From: Thermodesulfobacteriota bacterium
Lineage (GTDB): Bacteria; Desulfobacterota_D; UBA1144; Nemesobacterales; Nemesobacteraceae
DNA: 64,000 nt
Assembly (NCBI GenBank): GCA_965221875.1
Contig: OZ244920.1
Location: 1,001,845-1,065,844, forward strand
Direction: 5' to 3'
Position 1 is the stretch's first letter. Each line of letters opens with the position of its first letter. Shown here one piece after another: positions 47,524 to 58,678 of the stretch. The translations under genes were made by a program, and so were the position numbers. Below the pieces are notes generated by a model, which was not told the origin of the DNA, did no database searches, and worked only from the letters and a program-made list of their open reading frames with translations.

Positions 47524-49614
47524 TCAGATTTTCGAGAAATCGGCGATCATGAAAAACAGATCTTTTATTTCATTGAGCAGAGCCAGACGATTGTCTCTGA
47601 TTTTCTTGTTTTTATCCATGACCATTACTGCGTCAAAGAAACGATCTATTGGTGCGGAGAGTGTTTTTATGGATTCAAGCGCTTTGAGGTAATCGCTTTG
47701 CCTGGCAGTTTTTTCAGAATCGGCCAATTTCTTTAAAACCGCTGTCTGTGTCTTGGTAAAAGCTCTATGGAGGTCCTTTTCCTCTTTCTGCTTGAACAGC
47801 TTCTTGTCAAGCGGTGAAGACGGTCTGGTTTTTGCTATGTTGAAAACCCTCTTAAAGCCTGTAGCTAGGGCCTCAAAATCCTTTCGTTTTGCGAATTTCT
47901 CAAGCGCGTTTATTCTGCGGTAGGCGTCAAGAGGATTGTCAAAACCTGCCGAGATTACGGATTCGACGACATTTCTTTCGTAACCTGACTCTGTCATTAG
48001 GTTGCGGAATCTCTCGGAGAAAAACGCGAGAATGTTCACTTTAAGTTCTTCTTCGGACAGTTTGCCATTACGAGCTTTTTGCGCACCCATGGAATCGAGC
48101 ACCAGCCTTATGCCGCGTTCAAGGAGTGTGGAGAGGGAAATATCAAGCTTCTTCTCTATGGCGATTCTGATTATCCCCAGGGTCTGTCTTCTCAGCGCGT
48201 AGGGATCAGAAGACCCCGTAGGGGCCAGCCCGGCGATAAAACAGGAGCAGATATTGTCCGTTTTGTCCACTATGCTTAGAAGTGCTCCGGTTTTCGTTCG
48301 CGGGAGTTCACCGGTTCTCGTAAGCGGCATGTATTGTTCCTCGACCGCGTTCGCGACGGTTTTTTTCTCCTTGGAAGTAAGTGAGTAATACTTGCCCATG
48401 ACACCTTGGAGTTCGGCGAATTCAAAGACCATTTGGGTCGCGAGGTCGGACTTTGAGAGTTCCGCGGCCCTTTCAAGATCGGGACTGGCAAAAATGTCGG
48501 CGGCAAGCATCCTCATACGCTCGACTTTTTCGCTGTAAGTTCCTATATCAGATAGAAACACCATGCTCTCAAGATCTTCTGTGTAGGCGCTTAGGCTTTT
48601 CTTCGTATCTTCGGAGAAAAAGAATTCGGCGTCGTTAAGTCTTGCCCTTATTACCCGCTCGTTTCCCCTTATAATTACCTGTTTATCCTTAACCGGGGTT
48701 CCGCAGACAAAGATGAAACAGGGAAGAAGCTTGCCGGTCTTCTCAGAATAAACAGGGAAATATTTCTGGTGATTCTTCATCACGCTTATAAGAACTTCCT
48801 CGGGCAATCGCAGGTATTTTTCCTCGAATTCTCCCACCAGAACCGTTGGATGCTCCACCAGGTTCACCACGGTTTCAAGCAGTTCAGGATCTTCCTTTAT
48901 GGTTCCGCCTATCTTTTTGGCCGCCGCCTCTGTGTCCCTTCTTATGATTTCCTTTCTTTTCTCCGGGTCCGCTACTACGTTGTTTTTCTCAAGTGTTTTC
49001 AGATAGTTTCTCCAGGATGTCACTCGGAACGGTTTTGGGGAAGAGAACCTGTGACCGAAGCTTCGGTCAGAACTTTTGATGTTTTCAACGCTGAATTTTA
49101 CTGGCTTGTCATCGTAGAGCGCCGCTATCCATCTTATAGGTCTTGCGAAGGTCAGTTTTCCGTCGCCCCATCTCATTGATTTCCGGAAGGGGATTGATGA
49201 GATTACTCCCGGAAGAATTTCTTTTAGAACGGATGAAGTTTTTTTTCCTTTTACCGTTTTCCTTACACAAAGGAATTCCCCGTTATCCCTTTTTGCGATG
49301 ACGAGTTCCTCAACATTGACCCTCTGGGATCTGGCGAAACCCACGGCGGCCTTGGTGGGCTTTCCGTCTTCATCAAACGCTATGCGCTTGGGCGGTCCGA
49401 AGTTCTCGGTCGTGCGGTCTCCCTGCTTTCTCTGAAGTCCGCTTACCCTTGCCGAAAGCCTTCTCGGAGTATAGAAGATTTCCATTTCCTCGAATTCAAC
49501 ACCTTTGTCACGGAGTTCTCCGCTTAGGATGTTGCCCAGATCCTCCCGGGCTTTTTCAAGGAATAGAGCAGGTATTTCCTCCGTTCCGATTTCGAGTATT
49601 AGTTCTTTTTCCAT
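47524..49614 (-). CDS. glyS: Glycine--tRNA ligase beta subunit
   Basis: [17 protein letters not shown]-terminus and overall GlyS architecture. The ORF is open to 49677, but the start was chosen at the conserved Met. Confidence 0.9.
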   Translation of the reverse strand: MEKELILEIGTEEIPALFLEKAREDLGNILSGELRDKGVEFEEMEIFYTPRRLSARVSGLQRKQGDRTTENFGPPKRIAFDEDGKPTKAAVGFARSQRVNVEELVIAKRDNGEFLCVRKTVKGKKTSSVLKEILPGVISSIPFRKSMRWGDGKLTFARPIRWIAALYDDKPVKFSVENIKSSDRSFGHRFSSPKPFRVTSWRNYLKTLEKNNVVADPEKRKEIIRRDTEAAAKKIGGTIKEDPELLETVVNLVEHPTVLVGEFEEKYLRLPEEVLISVMKNHQKYFPVYSEKTGKLLPCFIFVCGTPVKDKQVIIRGNERVIRARLNDAEFFFSEDTKKSLSAYTEDLESMVFLSDIGTYSEKVERMRMLAADIFASPDLERAAELSKSDLATQMVFEFAELQGVMGKYYSLTSKEKKTVANAVEEQYMPLTRTGELPRTKTGALLSIVDKTDNICSCFIAGLAPTGSSDPYALRRQTLGIIRIAIEKKLDISLSTLLERGIRLVLDSMGAQKARNGKLSEEELKVNILAFFSERFRNLMTESGYERNVVESVISAGFDNPLDAYRRINALEKFAKRKDFEALATGFKRVFNIAKTRPSSPLDKKLFKQKEEKDLHRAFTKTQTAVLKKLADSEKTARQSDYLKALESIKTLSAPIDRFFDAVMVMDKNKKIRDNRLALLNEIKDLFFMIADFSKI

Positions 49615-50486
49615 GGGTTGTTTTTCAGGAGGGGGAATCCTAGGTTTTCTCTGGTCTGCAGATATGAAGTCGCGCACAGATTCGCAAGCGCCCTTACCCT
49701 CGCTATGTATGAGGCCCGCTCGGCTACCCCTATCGCCCCTCTCGCGTCAAGCAGGTTGAAGGTGTGCGAACTTTTAAGACAGTATTCGTAAGCGGGGAGG
49801 GGAAGCTGCTTTTCGATAAGAGATCTGCATTCCTGTTCGTACATATTAAACAGGTCGCTTAGCATCGCGGGGTCGGATTCCTCGAAGTTGTACTTTGAGA
49901 ACTGGACTTCGCTCTGATGATGAATCTCCCCGTACGTTATCCCCTTTGTCCATTCAAGATCGTAAACGCTTTCAACTTCCTGCAGGTACATTGCTATTCT
50001 CTCGGTTCCGTACGTTATCTCGGCCGATATCGGATCAAGATCTATGCCGCCCGCCTGCTGAAAATAGGTGAACTGCGTTATTTCCATGCCGTCAAGCCAT
50101 ACTTCCCACCCAAGTCCCCACGCTCCGAGCGTCGGGGATTCCCAGTCATCCTCGACGAACCTTATGTCGTGCTCAAGCGGGTTTATGCCGAATGACTTGA
50201 GGCTGTCGAGGAAAAGTTCCTGAATGTCGTCAGGGGAGGGCTTTATTATCACCTGGAACTGATAGTAGTGCTGGAGCCTGTTGGGATTGTCGCCGTAACG
50301 TCCGTCGGTCGGTCTCCTCGAAGGCTCTACATAGGCCACGTGCCAGGGCTCAGGGCCCAAACATCGCAGGAAAGTGGCTGGATGAAAGGTTCCGGCGCCT
50401 TTCTCTATGTCGTACGGCTGGACCACCAAACATCCCTTGGATGACCAGTAGTCTTGGAGAGCCAGAATAAGTTCCTGATATGTCAT
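49599..50486 (-). CDS. glyQ: Glycine--tRNA ligase alpha subunit
   Basis: [19 protein letters not shown]...[14 protein letters not shown], highly conserved GlyQ. Confidence 0.95.
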   Translation of the reverse strand: MTYQELILALQDYWSSKGCLVVQPYDIEKGAGTFHPATFLRCLGPEPWHVAYVEPSRRPTDGRYGDNPNRLQHYYQFQVIIKPSPDDIQELFLDSLKSFGINPLEHDIRFVEDDWESPTLGAWGLGWEVWLDGMEITQFTYFQQAGGIDLDPISAEITYGTERIAMYLQEVESVYDLEWTKGITYGEIHHQSEVQFSKYNFEESDPAMLSDLFNMYEQECRSLIEKQLPLPAYEYCLKSSHTFNLLDARGAIGVAERASYIARVRALANLCATSYLQTRENLGFPLLKNNPWKKN

Positions 50487-50598
50487 GACCGGAAAATACT
50501 ACCACTAAAATAGAAGAATCAAATACGCCGCTTTGTTCGTTGAGGCTTTAACCGCAAGTACGTTCAGTAATCTACAAGCATGATTGCTATGAGGTTGT

Positions 50599-51738
50599 TT
50601 ATTGACCGTTTGTTTCCTGCCGGTTCGGTTCCTCAAACGGAGGCAGGTTGAGCCAGTAGCGCGTGTGGCGTCGCTGGCCTGTTCTGCGAAGCGCGCCCAT
50701 GTCTACCAGATTGGAGAGATCTCGCGTCGCCGTTGAAGCCGTTGCCCCGGTTATCCTGTGATAGTTCTGTGCGCTGAGCCCACCCTCAAAGCCTTCTGGT
50801 TCGGCGTCGAAGAGTCGTAGCAAAATTTTCTCTTGGCGTGGGTTCAGCGAGCCGCGGAGCTGATTGAACAAGTGTGTCTGCTGGGTTGACCGGGTCAGAC
50901 GGCGTTCGCTCCAGATCTGAGCGTCTAATACGGTATTCGCAAACCACCTAAGCCAGTCGGTGATATCAAGCGATCTGGAACTCTCATCCAAAATGTCGTA
51001 GTAGGCTTTGTGTCGTCGAGCGATGGTGCGGGAAAGCGCAACTAGGCTCGGTTCGCCGAGTGACTGAGCGAGAGCTTTTTCCGCCAAGGCGCGGGCTATG
51101 CGCCCATTTCCATCCTCGAAGGGATGAATACGCACAAAGTACAAGTGTGCGGTTCCCGCCCAGGTCAAAGAAGATAGCCTATCCCCGATGGATGCGGTCT
51201 GGCCGTACCATGCTACGAAACGTTCCATCTCCTCTGTCATCCGCTCCGAAGGGGGTGCTTCATAGTGAACCTTTGGTTTGTAGTCGGGCCCGGAAACCAC
51301 CTGCATAGGTTTGGGGTGGCGACGATAGCCGCCGACAACTTCTAGGTAAGTGCGGTCTCGCATGAGCATCCGGTGCCAGCGCCACAGCGTTTCGTGGTTC
51401 AGCGGGCGGTCATACTCATGGTAGAGCGCTACCATCATTTCAGCTACCCCTTCTTCTTCAGGTGAAGCAGTCTCCTTGCCGGTAGTTAACCCGAATCGTC
51501 GGCGGATAGAGGCTTGCACTGATTCCCGGTCGAGAATTTCACCTTCAATTGCGGATGTCTCAACGGCTTCGCCGCTTAACCACTTGACCCGCAGTTCGGA
51601 CTGATCTTCATTGGTGAGCTGACGCCAGGCGCCGATTCTGCGCCCCGACTCGTGCAGGAATCGCTTCTCCAGAGGTATCAGAGCAGACCGGTCCCATGTA
51701 AAGTTTGGCCAGTCAGAATGTTGCCATACCCATTTCAT
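50599..51738 (-). CDS. Fic family protein (DUF4172-type N-terminus plus Fic core)
   Basis: Fic motif HPFEDGNGRIARAL. N-terminal WVWQHSDWPNFTWD pattern. Confidence 0.85.
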   Translation of the reverse strand: MKWVWQHSDWPNFTWDRSALIPLEKRFLHESGRRIGAWRQLTNEDQSELRVKWLSGEAVETSAIEGEILDRESVQASIRRRFGLTTGKETASPEEEGVAEMMVALYHEYDRPLNHETLWRWHRMLMRDRTYLEVVGGYRRHPKPMQVVSGPDYKPKVHYEAPPSERMTEEMERFVAWYGQTASIGDRLSSLTWAGTAHLYFVRIHPFEDGNGRIARALAEKALAQSLGEPSLVALSRTIARRHKAYYDILDESSRSLDITDWLRWFANTVLDAQIWSERRLTRSTQQTHLFNQLRGSLNPRQEKILLRLFDAEPEGFEGGLSAQNYHRITGATASTATRDLSNLVDMGALRRTGQRRHTRYWLNLPPFEEPNRQETNGQ

Positions 51739-51829
51739 GAGCGATAAGAATGCCCCCTATAGCCCACATTTTTACCTATTTCTGGGCTATAGGGCAAATG
51801 CTATGGTTTCAGCAAAAGGCGGATACACG

Positions 51830-53149
51830 CTAAAAAGGTTCGTACGCGCGTATGCTCTCGATGGCTCTTTGAGCGATGATTCCACGCTTCTTTTCCTTTC
51901 CCATCCTGCCTTCCACCTTGGGAAAAAGCCCGAAGTTTATGTTCATCGGCTGAAACCCGGTTTTTCCGGGAACCGAGATGTACTCAAGCAAAGAGCCTAT
52001 GGACGTCTCCCTCGGGGCCGGGGCGGGCACAAGCCCGAGTGCTTTTCTCGAGGCGTTTATTCCGCAGACAATCCCGGTTGCCGCGGACTCGACGTACCCT
52101 TCGACTCCCGTGATCTGTCCGGCGAAGAAAACGCTCGGGCGGGATTTCAGGGAAAGGTCTTTCTCAAGCAGCCTCGGGGAATCTATGTATGTGTTTCTGT
52201 GCACGCTTCCATATCTTAGAAATTCCACCCTCTCAAGCCCCGGAACCTTTCTGAAAACAGCCCTTTGCTGAGGGTATTTGAGCTTTGTCTGAAAACCCAC
52301 CATGTTGTACATGGTTTCCTCGGTGTTCTCCGTTCTCAGCTGCAGGACGGCAAAGGGAATTTTGCCGGTTCTCGGATCGACAAGGCCAACCGGTTTTAAT
52401 GGGCCGAACCGAAGCGTCTCCCTTCCTCTCTCGCACATGACCTCAACCGGCATGCAGCTTTGAAAATAAATCGCCTTCTCAAACTCCTTGGTTTCCACTT
52501 TTTCTCCGTGAATGAGGTCATCCACAAGCTCGTAGTACTGGTCTTGGGAGAGCGGACAGTTGAGATAGTCTCCATCTCCCGAGTCTTCGCGGTCGTACCT
52601 TGATCCTCTGAAGGTTTTCGAGCGGTCGATTGTATCCGCGTCGATTATCGGCGAGATGGCGTCGTAGAAGTAAAGATATTCGGACTCGGTGAGCGAGGAA
52701 ATCTCGGCGCAAAGCGCATCGGATGTAAGCGGGCCGGTGGCCACGATCACGATTCCGTCTTCTGGTATTTTGGTTACCTCTTCCCTTCTTAAGTCTATAA
52801 GTCCGTTGCCCTGGATTTTTTGCGTTATGTAATCAGAGAATATCTCCCTGTCGACCGCAAGTGCCTTCCCGGCCGGAACCCTTGACGCTTCGGCCGCTTC
52901 GATAACAAGCGAGCCAAGGCATCTCATCTCCTCTTTCAGTATTCCGGAGGCGTTCTCCATGGATGCCGATTTCAGGGAATTGCTGCACACAAGCTCCGCG
53001 AGTCCGGAGGTCTTGTGCGCGGCGGTTTTTCTGCGGGGCCTCATTTCGTAGAGAACCGCCCTTATTCCGAACTTTGTTATCTGGTTCGCGGCTTCGACTC
53101 CGGCGAGTCCCGCGCCGATTATGATTATTGGTGACTGTTTTTCGTCCAT
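51830..53149 (-). CDS. trmFO: Methylenetetrahydrofolate--tRNA-(uracil54-C5)-methyltransferase
   Basis: IIIIGAGLAGVEAANQ FAD-binding motif and TrmFO/Gid-specific sequence throughout. Confidence 0.9.
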   Translation of the reverse strand: MDEKQSPIIIIGAGLAGVEAANQITKFGIRAVLYEMRPRRKTAAHKTSGLAELVCSNSLKSASMENASGILKEEMRCLGSLVIEAAEASRVPAGKALAVDREIFSDYITQKIQGNGLIDLRREEVTKIPEDGIVIVATGPLTSDALCAEISSLTESEYLYFYDAISPIIDADTIDRSKTFRGSRYDREDSGDGDYLNCPLSQDQYYELVDDLIHGEKVETKEFEKAIYFQSCMPVEVMCERGRETLRFGPLKPVGLVDPRTGKIPFAVLQLRTENTEETMYNMVGFQTKLKYPQQRAVFRKVPGLERVEFLRYGSVHRNTYIDSPRLLEKDLSLKSRPSVFFAGQITGVEGYVESAATGIVCGINASRKALGLVPAPAPRETSIGSLLEYISVPGKTGFQPMNINFGLFPKVEGRMGKEKKRGIIAQRAIESIRAYEPF

Positions 53150-53376
53150 GAAAAAAATCCCGAGACAGTTAGCTTCTGTTCCGGATACCGGCTGTCCGGT
53201 CTGGAACAGTCTCCTGATTCTGAGAAATTATACTATCATTTCGAAGTGACGGGGAATCAAAAATGCGACTGTTCGGGGCCGTGGTTTCTGACCGCGGAAT
53301 CTGGATTGGTAGTGGGAAAACAAATCGTTTTCTTTGGGTATATTATATTCCCATTATCTGACTTAAGTGCGAAACT

Positions 53377-54036
53377 ATGAGCTACGGAGCAGTTGTATTT
53401 GACCTTGACGGAACCCTGATTGACTCTCTTGAGGATCTCGCTGACGCCGTGAATCAGGCGCTTGCCATAAGCGGGTTTCCAGCGCGCGCGACCGGATGCT
53501 ACAAGTACTTTATAGGAAAAGGTCCAAAGGTCATGGTGTCCAGAGCCCTTCCCGAGGACAAAAGAAACGATGATGCTGTCGTTGAAAAGTGCCTTGACGA
53601 TTTCAACAGAATCTACAGCTGCTCTTTCAACGTGAAAACCACGCTTTATGACGGCATACCGGATCTTCTGAACGAGATTTCAGATAGAGGTCTGAAAAAG
53701 GCGATTCTTACCAACAAGCCGCACGTGTTTACCGAAAAATACGTTGAGGATCTGCTTGCTGACTGGAATTTCGAGGTGGTTATAGGTCAGAGGGATGAAA
53801 TTCCGAGAAAGCCTGATCCTTCGGGAGCGCTTCGGATATCAAGGGAGCTCGGGATTGAGTCATCGCGGATGGTTTACCTGGGAGACTCCGGGGTGGACAT
53901 GCTTACCGCCGTCGGGGCAGGTATGCTTCCGGTAGGAGTTCTCTGGGGCTTTCGAACAGGGGATGAGCTTCGTGAAAACGGAGCCGAACATCTTATAGAA
54001 ACTCCGATGGATCTGCTCTCGATTATTGACTTGTAG
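53377..54036 (+). CDS. HAD-superfamily hydrolase (phosphoglycolate phosphatase-like)
   Basis: VVFDLDGTLIDS motif I, LTNK motif III region and GDSGVDM motif IV. Confidence 0.8.
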   Translation: MSYGAVVFDLDGTLIDSLEDLADAVNQALAISGFPARATGCYKYFIGKGPKVMVSRALPEDKRNDDAVVEKCLDDFNRIYSCSFNVKTTLYDGIPDLLNEISDRGLKKAILTNKPHVFTEKYVEDLLADWNFEVVIGQRDEIPRKPDPSGALRISRELGIESSRMVYLGDSGVDMLTAVGAGMLPVGVLWGFRTGDELRENGAEHLIETPMDLLSIIDL

Positions 54037-54046
54037 TTTCCGGTGT

Positions 54047-55201
54047 ATGATGACCATGGATTTTGAACAGGTAAAACTGGGGATTCTCGGGGGCGGGCAG
54101 CTGGGGAAGATGCTTTGCCTCGTGGCAAGCAACTGGAACCTGAGCACCTACGTGCTCAATCCTTCCCTCGATTGTCCGACGGCGTCTGTGTGTACCGAGT
54201 TCTCCCACGGCGATTTCAGGAATTACGAGGATGTCTACGAGTTTGGCAGGAATGTCGACATCCTGACAATAGAGATTGAGCACGTGAACCTGCAGGCGCT
54301 TTTCCGGCTGCGGGAGGAAGGAGTCGTCATAAGGCCTGAACCCCACGCGCTTGAACTCATACAGGACAAGGCGAAACAGAAGAAGTTCTACGTTTCAAAG
54401 GGGCTCCCCACAGCCGATTTTTTGGTCTTTCCGGGGAAAGAGGCTATAGTTGCGGCCGTCAGGTCCGGTGAGATAAAAATTCCTTTCGTCCAGAAACTTT
54501 CAAGGACGGGTTATGACGGAAGAGGAGTTTATGTCGTCAGAGAAAAGGAACAGCTCGACGATCTTTTAGAAGGAGAATCCGTCATTGAAGACCTCGTTGA
54601 TGTGGAAAAGGAGATTTCCGTTATAGTCTCGCGTAATTCAACCGGAGAAACTAAATGTTTTCCTCCGGTTGAAATGCTGTTTAACAGCAATGCAAACATA
54701 GTTGAATTCCTGATAAGTCCCTGCGAGCTTGACGATGCAATGTCCGCTCAGGCATGTGAACTTGCCGAGCGCACGATAAGGTCTTTTGACATGTGCGGGA
54801 TACTTGCGGTTGAGATGTTCGTTTCCAAAAAAGGCGGTATCCTCATAAACGAATCCGCTCCGAGACCGCATAACAGCGGGCATCACACGATTGACGCGGC
54901 CCGCACCTCGCAGTATGAGCAGTGCCTGAGATCGATTCTTGATCTTCCCCCGGGAGATACTGAAATAAAAACTCCTTCTGTTATGATTAACATTCTCGGG
55001 CAACCGGGTTTCGAGGGCGAGGTAAGGTACGAGGGACTTCGTGGATGTATGGGCGTTGAAGGAGCCAAGTTCCACATATACGGTAAGACCCTTACCAAGC
55101 CTTACAGAAAGATGGGGCATGTCACCGTGCTTGACGATGACCTTTCAGGCGCGATTGAGAAAGCGAGATTCATAATGAACAATCTGAGGGCAATAGCATG
55201 A
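54047..55201 (+). CDS. purK: N5-carboxyaminoimidazole ribonucleotide synthase
   Basis: [14 protein letters not shown] and the ATP-grasp fold. Overlaps purE by 4 nt. Confidence 0.9.
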   Translation: MMTMDFEQVKLGILGGGQLGKMLCLVASNWNLSTYVLNPSLDCPTASVCTEFSHGDFRNYEDVYEFGRNVDILTIEIEHVNLQALFRLREEGVVIRPEPHALELIQDKAKQKKFYVSKGLPTADFLVFPGKEAIVAAVRSGEIKIPFVQKLSRTGYDGRGVYVVREKEQLDDLLEGESVIEDLVDVEKEISVIVSRNSTGETKCFPPVEMLFNSNANIVEFLISPCELDDAMSAQACELAERTIRSFDMCGILAVEMFVSKKGGILINESAPRPHNSGHHTIDAARTSQYEQCLRSILDLPPGDTEIKTPSVMINILGQPGFEGEVRYEGLRGCMGVEGAKFHIYGKTLTKPYRKMGHVTVLDDDLSGAIEKARFIMNNLRAIA

Positions 55202-55722
55202 AGCCTGCTTTGGTAAGCGTTATTATGGGTTCTGACTCGGATCTTCCGGTTATGGCAGAAGCGGTTGAGGTTCTGGAACAATTCGGCGTAGAGCATGAAG
55301 TTACCATAGTCTCGGCGCACAGGACTCCAGAGCGGCTTGTGGACTTTTCAAAAAAAGCTCATAAAAGAGGGATTAAAGTTATAATAGCCGGGGCGGGAGG
55401 TGCAGCGCATCTTCCAGGAATGGTGGCTTCCGTTTCTCCCCTTCCGGTCATAGGGGTTCCGATAAAATCCTCAAATTCGATTGATGGATGGGACTCTGTG
55501 CTTTCTATTCTGCAGATGCCTTCAGGCGTCCCAGTTGCCACGGTTGCCCTCGGCGGGGCGAAAAACGCCGGCATACTTGCCGTTGAAATTCTTTCGATTG
55601 CTGATCCTGAGCTTGGGCGTGCGGTAGCTGAGTATAAAAAAAAGCTTTCATCCGAGATAAAGAAAAAGGCCTCGAAGCTTGAGAAACTGGGTGCTTCGGT
55701 CTATCTTGAGCGGATGGACTGA
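55198..55722 (+). CDS. purE: N5-carboxyaminoimidazole ribonucleotide mutase
   Basis: [14 protein letters not shown] and [14 protein letters not shown] motifs. Confidence 0.95.
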   Translation: MKPALVSVIMGSDSDLPVMAEAVEVLEQFGVEHEVTIVSAHRTPERLVDFSKKAHKRGIKVIIAGAGGAAHLPGMVASVSPLPVIGVPIKSSNSIDGWDSVLSILQMPSGVPVATVALGGAKNAGILAVEILSIADPELGRAVAEYKKKLSSEIKKKASKLEKLGASVYLERMD

Positions 55723-55781
55723 AAGACGGAGACCTCTTCACGCTTATTTTTCGCTGCAGACCCTCATGATAACTCAGAAAG

Positions 55782-57581
55782 CTAAAAAAAAGAGTCGAGT
55801 GGGCGGGGGATAATCTGAGAATTACCAGAAAACATTGTTTTCTGTTCGTCTAGGTCTTCAAGAAATTTCTCACGCGTACGAAAGAGAAAAGACCAGTAGG
55901 AAAAATCAACATTAACAACCTTGAGTTTGGCTTTTTCAAGGATTTTTTCCGCTTCATCTGATTTTCCCGTAGCCCAACTGGCGAGGCTTATTTGTTGCAG
56001 ATAACTTGCCGAATAATTGCTTTTATCCATTCCCGAGTCAAGTACGGATTGAAAGATATCTACCGGTACTTTAGCAGTTTTTCCCCAAGTCGCCATAGCT
56101 AGATTAAACAGAGTATTCTGATCAGAAGCATTTTCTTTAAGTTGTTTTTTACATATTTTGATGGCTTCAGCGAGTTCGCTTTGACCTATAAGATTCAGGA
56201 CAAGATCATTCTTAAGCTCGGAATTTTTATCTGATTTTGCTATGGCGGAGCGAATCAGCAACTCAGCCGAAGAAAGCAGATGCCAGTCGAAGCTGAGCAA
56301 TTGCGCCAAAAATAGCAAATGGTGTTCATTCAGTTCTTTAACCGCAGGCCAAGAATCAATCTTATCGAGTTTTTCAGGCTCGTTACCCGACAGTACCCGG
56401 ATGATTTGACTCAGTTCAAGTATCCCTAGGTTTTTCTGCTGAATGGCAATCAAAGCGGTTTCGACTTTTCTTTCCACTTGTAATGACCCATACGCAAATT
56501 CATTGAATGATATTTCCGACGAAATTTTGTCTTCAAGGTATTCTGATAAAAGACTTGATGAAAATTTTTCTTCTCCTTCCTTTTCAAACCGTTTCACCAG
56601 AGACAAGATATTTTTGTCTTTTCCGTGATTCTCGATAATTTTTTTAATTTGTTCTTCCCGAGCACTTTTAAATGATGTTTCATCTTGTCGCACAAGCTCA
56701 TCCCTTAAAAACATCAAAACACCTTCTCGGTCTTTGGGGTTGTTTTTTCGGATTGCTGTTACAAGTTGATTGTATTCGTCGGCAAGACGGCTTTTGGGCC
56801 TGTCACGCGTGAAAATGTCCTGATTTAGCAAAGCGAGACTAGGGTAATGATGAATTGTTGCGGCAAGCTCACTGTATTGCAGCTCGGTTCCGAAACCTGA
56901 CAGAGTCTCTTCCAGAACACTGTTTTCATCATCTAGGTCAGGGACATTTGAAGTTACAAAATGCAGAGTTATAGAGTCTTTGCCAGGGAATTTCTCTTTT
57001 CTTATATCATTTTCTTTCCTTACCCGATTGACGATGCGAGTTAACCCGATAAGGTTCTGGCGGTTAGGAAAAAACAGACACACTACAGCATTAGGAAGCT
57101 GTCGGGTGCAAACACCTCCTTCATCAGTGTGTCCAGTTCTTGAGTCAATCAATACATAGTCAGGTTTCAGGTAGCTTTTCCACTGAGCTTTGAGGTCCTC
57201 AAGCAACAGGTAACCGTCTCTTTTGTCGTAAAGTTCCCTCCAGTTAATGGAGTTCATGAGATCAGCGTACTTTTCATCTCTCCTTCCAGCGGACATAAGC
57301 CACAGTTCACCCCCAGAAGAATCATCGGTGGAACTCCTGAAGACGTATTCATCAATTTCGGGAACTATTCCAGTCTTTATGTAATCATATACGAAGTCAA
57401 CGACACCCGGATTCTGGTTTGCCGAATTGGGAAGAGCAAAGGTGTCCAGCCCTGGTGCTTCCAGATCAAAATCCACCACCAGAACTTTTTTCCCTTTAGC
57501 GATCAAGGCAAATGCGGTATTCATCATCGCCATGGATCTTCCCACTCCGCCTTTGAACGAATAAAACGTTACTGTGTACAT
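55782..57581 (-). CDS. ParA/MinD-like P-loop NTPase (deviant Walker A KGGVGRS) fused to a about 300-aa alpha-helical (TPR-like) C-terminal domain. Function unknown.
   Basis: N-terminal FYSFKGGVGRSMAMMNTAFALIAKGKKVLVVDFDLEAPGL and VLIDSRTG (Walker-B-like). C-terminus is helical and repetitive. Local GC is about 40%. Confidence 0.5.
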   Translation of the reverse strand: MYTVTFYSFKGGVGRSMAMMNTAFALIAKGKKVLVVDFDLEAPGLDTFALPNSANQNPGVVDFVYDYIKTGIVPEIDEYVFRSSTDDSSGGELWLMSAGRRDEKYADLMNSINWRELYDKRDGYLLLEDLKAQWKSYLKPDYVLIDSRTGHTDEGGVCTRQLPNAVVCLFFPNRQNLIGLTRIVNRVRKENDIRKEKFPGKDSITLHFVTSNVPDLDDENSVLEETLSGFGTELQYSELAATIHHYPSLALLNQDIFTRDRPKSRLADEYNQLVTAIRKNNPKDREGVLMFLRDELVRQDETSFKSAREEQIKKIIENHGKDKNILSLVKRFEKEGEEKFSSSLLSEYLEDKISSEISFNEFAYGSLQVERKVETALIAIQQKNLGILELSQIIRVLSGNEPEKLDKIDSWPAVKELNEHHLLFLAQLLSFDWHLLSSAELLIRSAIAKSDKNSELKNDLVLNLIGQSELAEAIKICKKQLKENASDQNTLFNLAMATWGKTAKVPVDIFQSVLDSGMDKSNYSASYLQQISLASWATGKSDEAEKILEKAKLKVVNVDFSYWSFLFRTREKFLEDLDEQKTMFSGNSQIIPRPLDSFF

Positions 57582-57604
57582 ATGTTAAATTGTGTTTGAG
57601 GGTC

Positions 57605-58138
57605 TCAGTGCCACAGACTGAATGCATCCTGCCGATTTTTTGCTTCTTCCATGTTGGGAATATTCCTGAAAATGGGTTCCAAGTCCTCAGCAGAATCGCT
57701 CCGCCTTTTCCGCAGAATTTCAAGATTCTCTGGTCGGCTTAACAGGTAGAGGAAATTATCCATAGCTTCATTTTGAATCAGATAACCCCGTTCCCACCTG
57801 CTTAGGGATGCTTCGCCAATTCCCGTTTCATGGGAAAATTCTTTCTGAGACATATTCATAGACTCTCGAATATGAAGTATCTCTTTAGGTGTCAGCACCC
57901 CTAGGTAATTACATACGGCTTCATGTCTCAAATCATCCGCCTTGCTGTCTGTATATTCAGTGGAACACTCATTACACCTGTAGACATCTACAATTGCGCT
58001 CAGAAAAATGCTTGGTTCAGCATTTCCATACTCAAACCTGTCTTCTTCTTTTCTTATGTGCACATCAGAAGACCCGCACATGTGGCAGATAATATTCTCT
58101 TCTGAAGAAGACGGATTAATTTTGCTATTCCTGTCCAT
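57605..58138 (-). CDS. MqsA-like antitoxin (N-terminal zinc ribbon plus C-terminal XRE-type HTH)
   Basis: CHMCG...CNEC zinc-ribbon cysteines. HTH region LTPKEILHIRESMNMSQKEFSHETGIGEASLSRWERG and LLYLLSRPENLEIL parallel E. coli MqsA (FSRYEKG, LLRVLDKHPELLNEI). Confidence 0.6.
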   Translation of the reverse strand: MDRNSKINPSSSEENIICHMCGSSDVHIRKEEDRFEYGNAEPSIFLSAIVDVYRCNECSTEYTDSKADDLRHEAVCNYLGVLTPKEILHIRESMNMSQKEFSHETGIGEASLSRWERGYLIQNEAMDNFLYLLSRPENLEILRKRRSDSAEDLEPIFRNIPNMEEAKNRQDAFSLWH

Positions 58139-58153
58139 TTTGATACTCCTTTT

Positions 58154-58537
58154 TTAACTGCGATTATTTCTCTCCCGGTCACTGTAATGAAAACTTCGTC
58201 CAAACAGCCATTTTTGGCCCTTTCCGAATTGCAACTTGATGTATATATCCTGTCCTGTCTCCTGTTTAAACAACATCACATACCCTTTTTCTCCCGGGGG
58301 TTTTTCAAGGGTGATAACCTCAATACGATGCCTATCGCGCAACAGTTTTTCGATAAAATACCAGCATCCTGTAGAGGTGAACGGCATTCCTACAGTAGGG
58401 TCGGGATTGGTAACCCTGGTTGGTTCCCAGTGCACTGGTCGCTCTTTTGAAAACGTAGCACTTCTTTTCCCTGCTTCAATCAACTCTAACATCTTCTCCC
58501 TAACTTCATCCAGATTTTCTTTTTCCGACATGATCAT
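58154..58537 (-). CDS. MqsR-like toxin (RelE/ParE superfamily), putative
   Basis: Placed immediately upstream of the MqsA-like gene, as in mqsRA. Weak similarity to MqsR (…AGKRSATFS… and …GQDIYIKLQF…). Confidence 0.45.
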   Translation of the reverse strand: MIMSEKENLDEVREKMLELIEAGKRSATFSKERPVHWEPTRVTNPDPTVGMPFTSTGCWYFIEKLLRDRHRIEVITLEKPPGEKGYVMLFKQETGQDIYIKLQFGKGQKWLFGRSFHYSDRERNNRS

Positions 58538-58554
58538 ATGGTTTGATCATATGA
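58531..58554. promoter_or_regulatory. Tandem copies of the palindrome-containing 10-mer TGATCATATG overlapping the start codon of the MqsR-like gene; a related ATCATATGAT motif lies 45 nt upstream (candidate operator)
   Basis: Seen directly: 58531-58540 and 58545-58554, plus 58596-58607. Confidence 0.3.
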
Positions 58555-58678
58555 CTATTTAGCTTTATTGAAAAAGAAGTCTATGTCAACAAATTAATCA
58601 TATGATAAGCTTGTTCAAGCTTTTTGGGATTTTACTGCTTTTCATCGGTCCGTACGAACTGATCCGTCTTTCCGATAT

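Noticed and set aside
53170-53215. Hairpin CTGTTCCGG...CTGGAACAG in the trmFO/gph divergent intergenic region
   Set aside because: It lies upstream of both genes, so it is not a terminator. It may be a regulatory hairpin, but there is no supporting evidence.
54638-55120. 160-aa minus-strand ORF
   Set aside because: It is antisense to purK.
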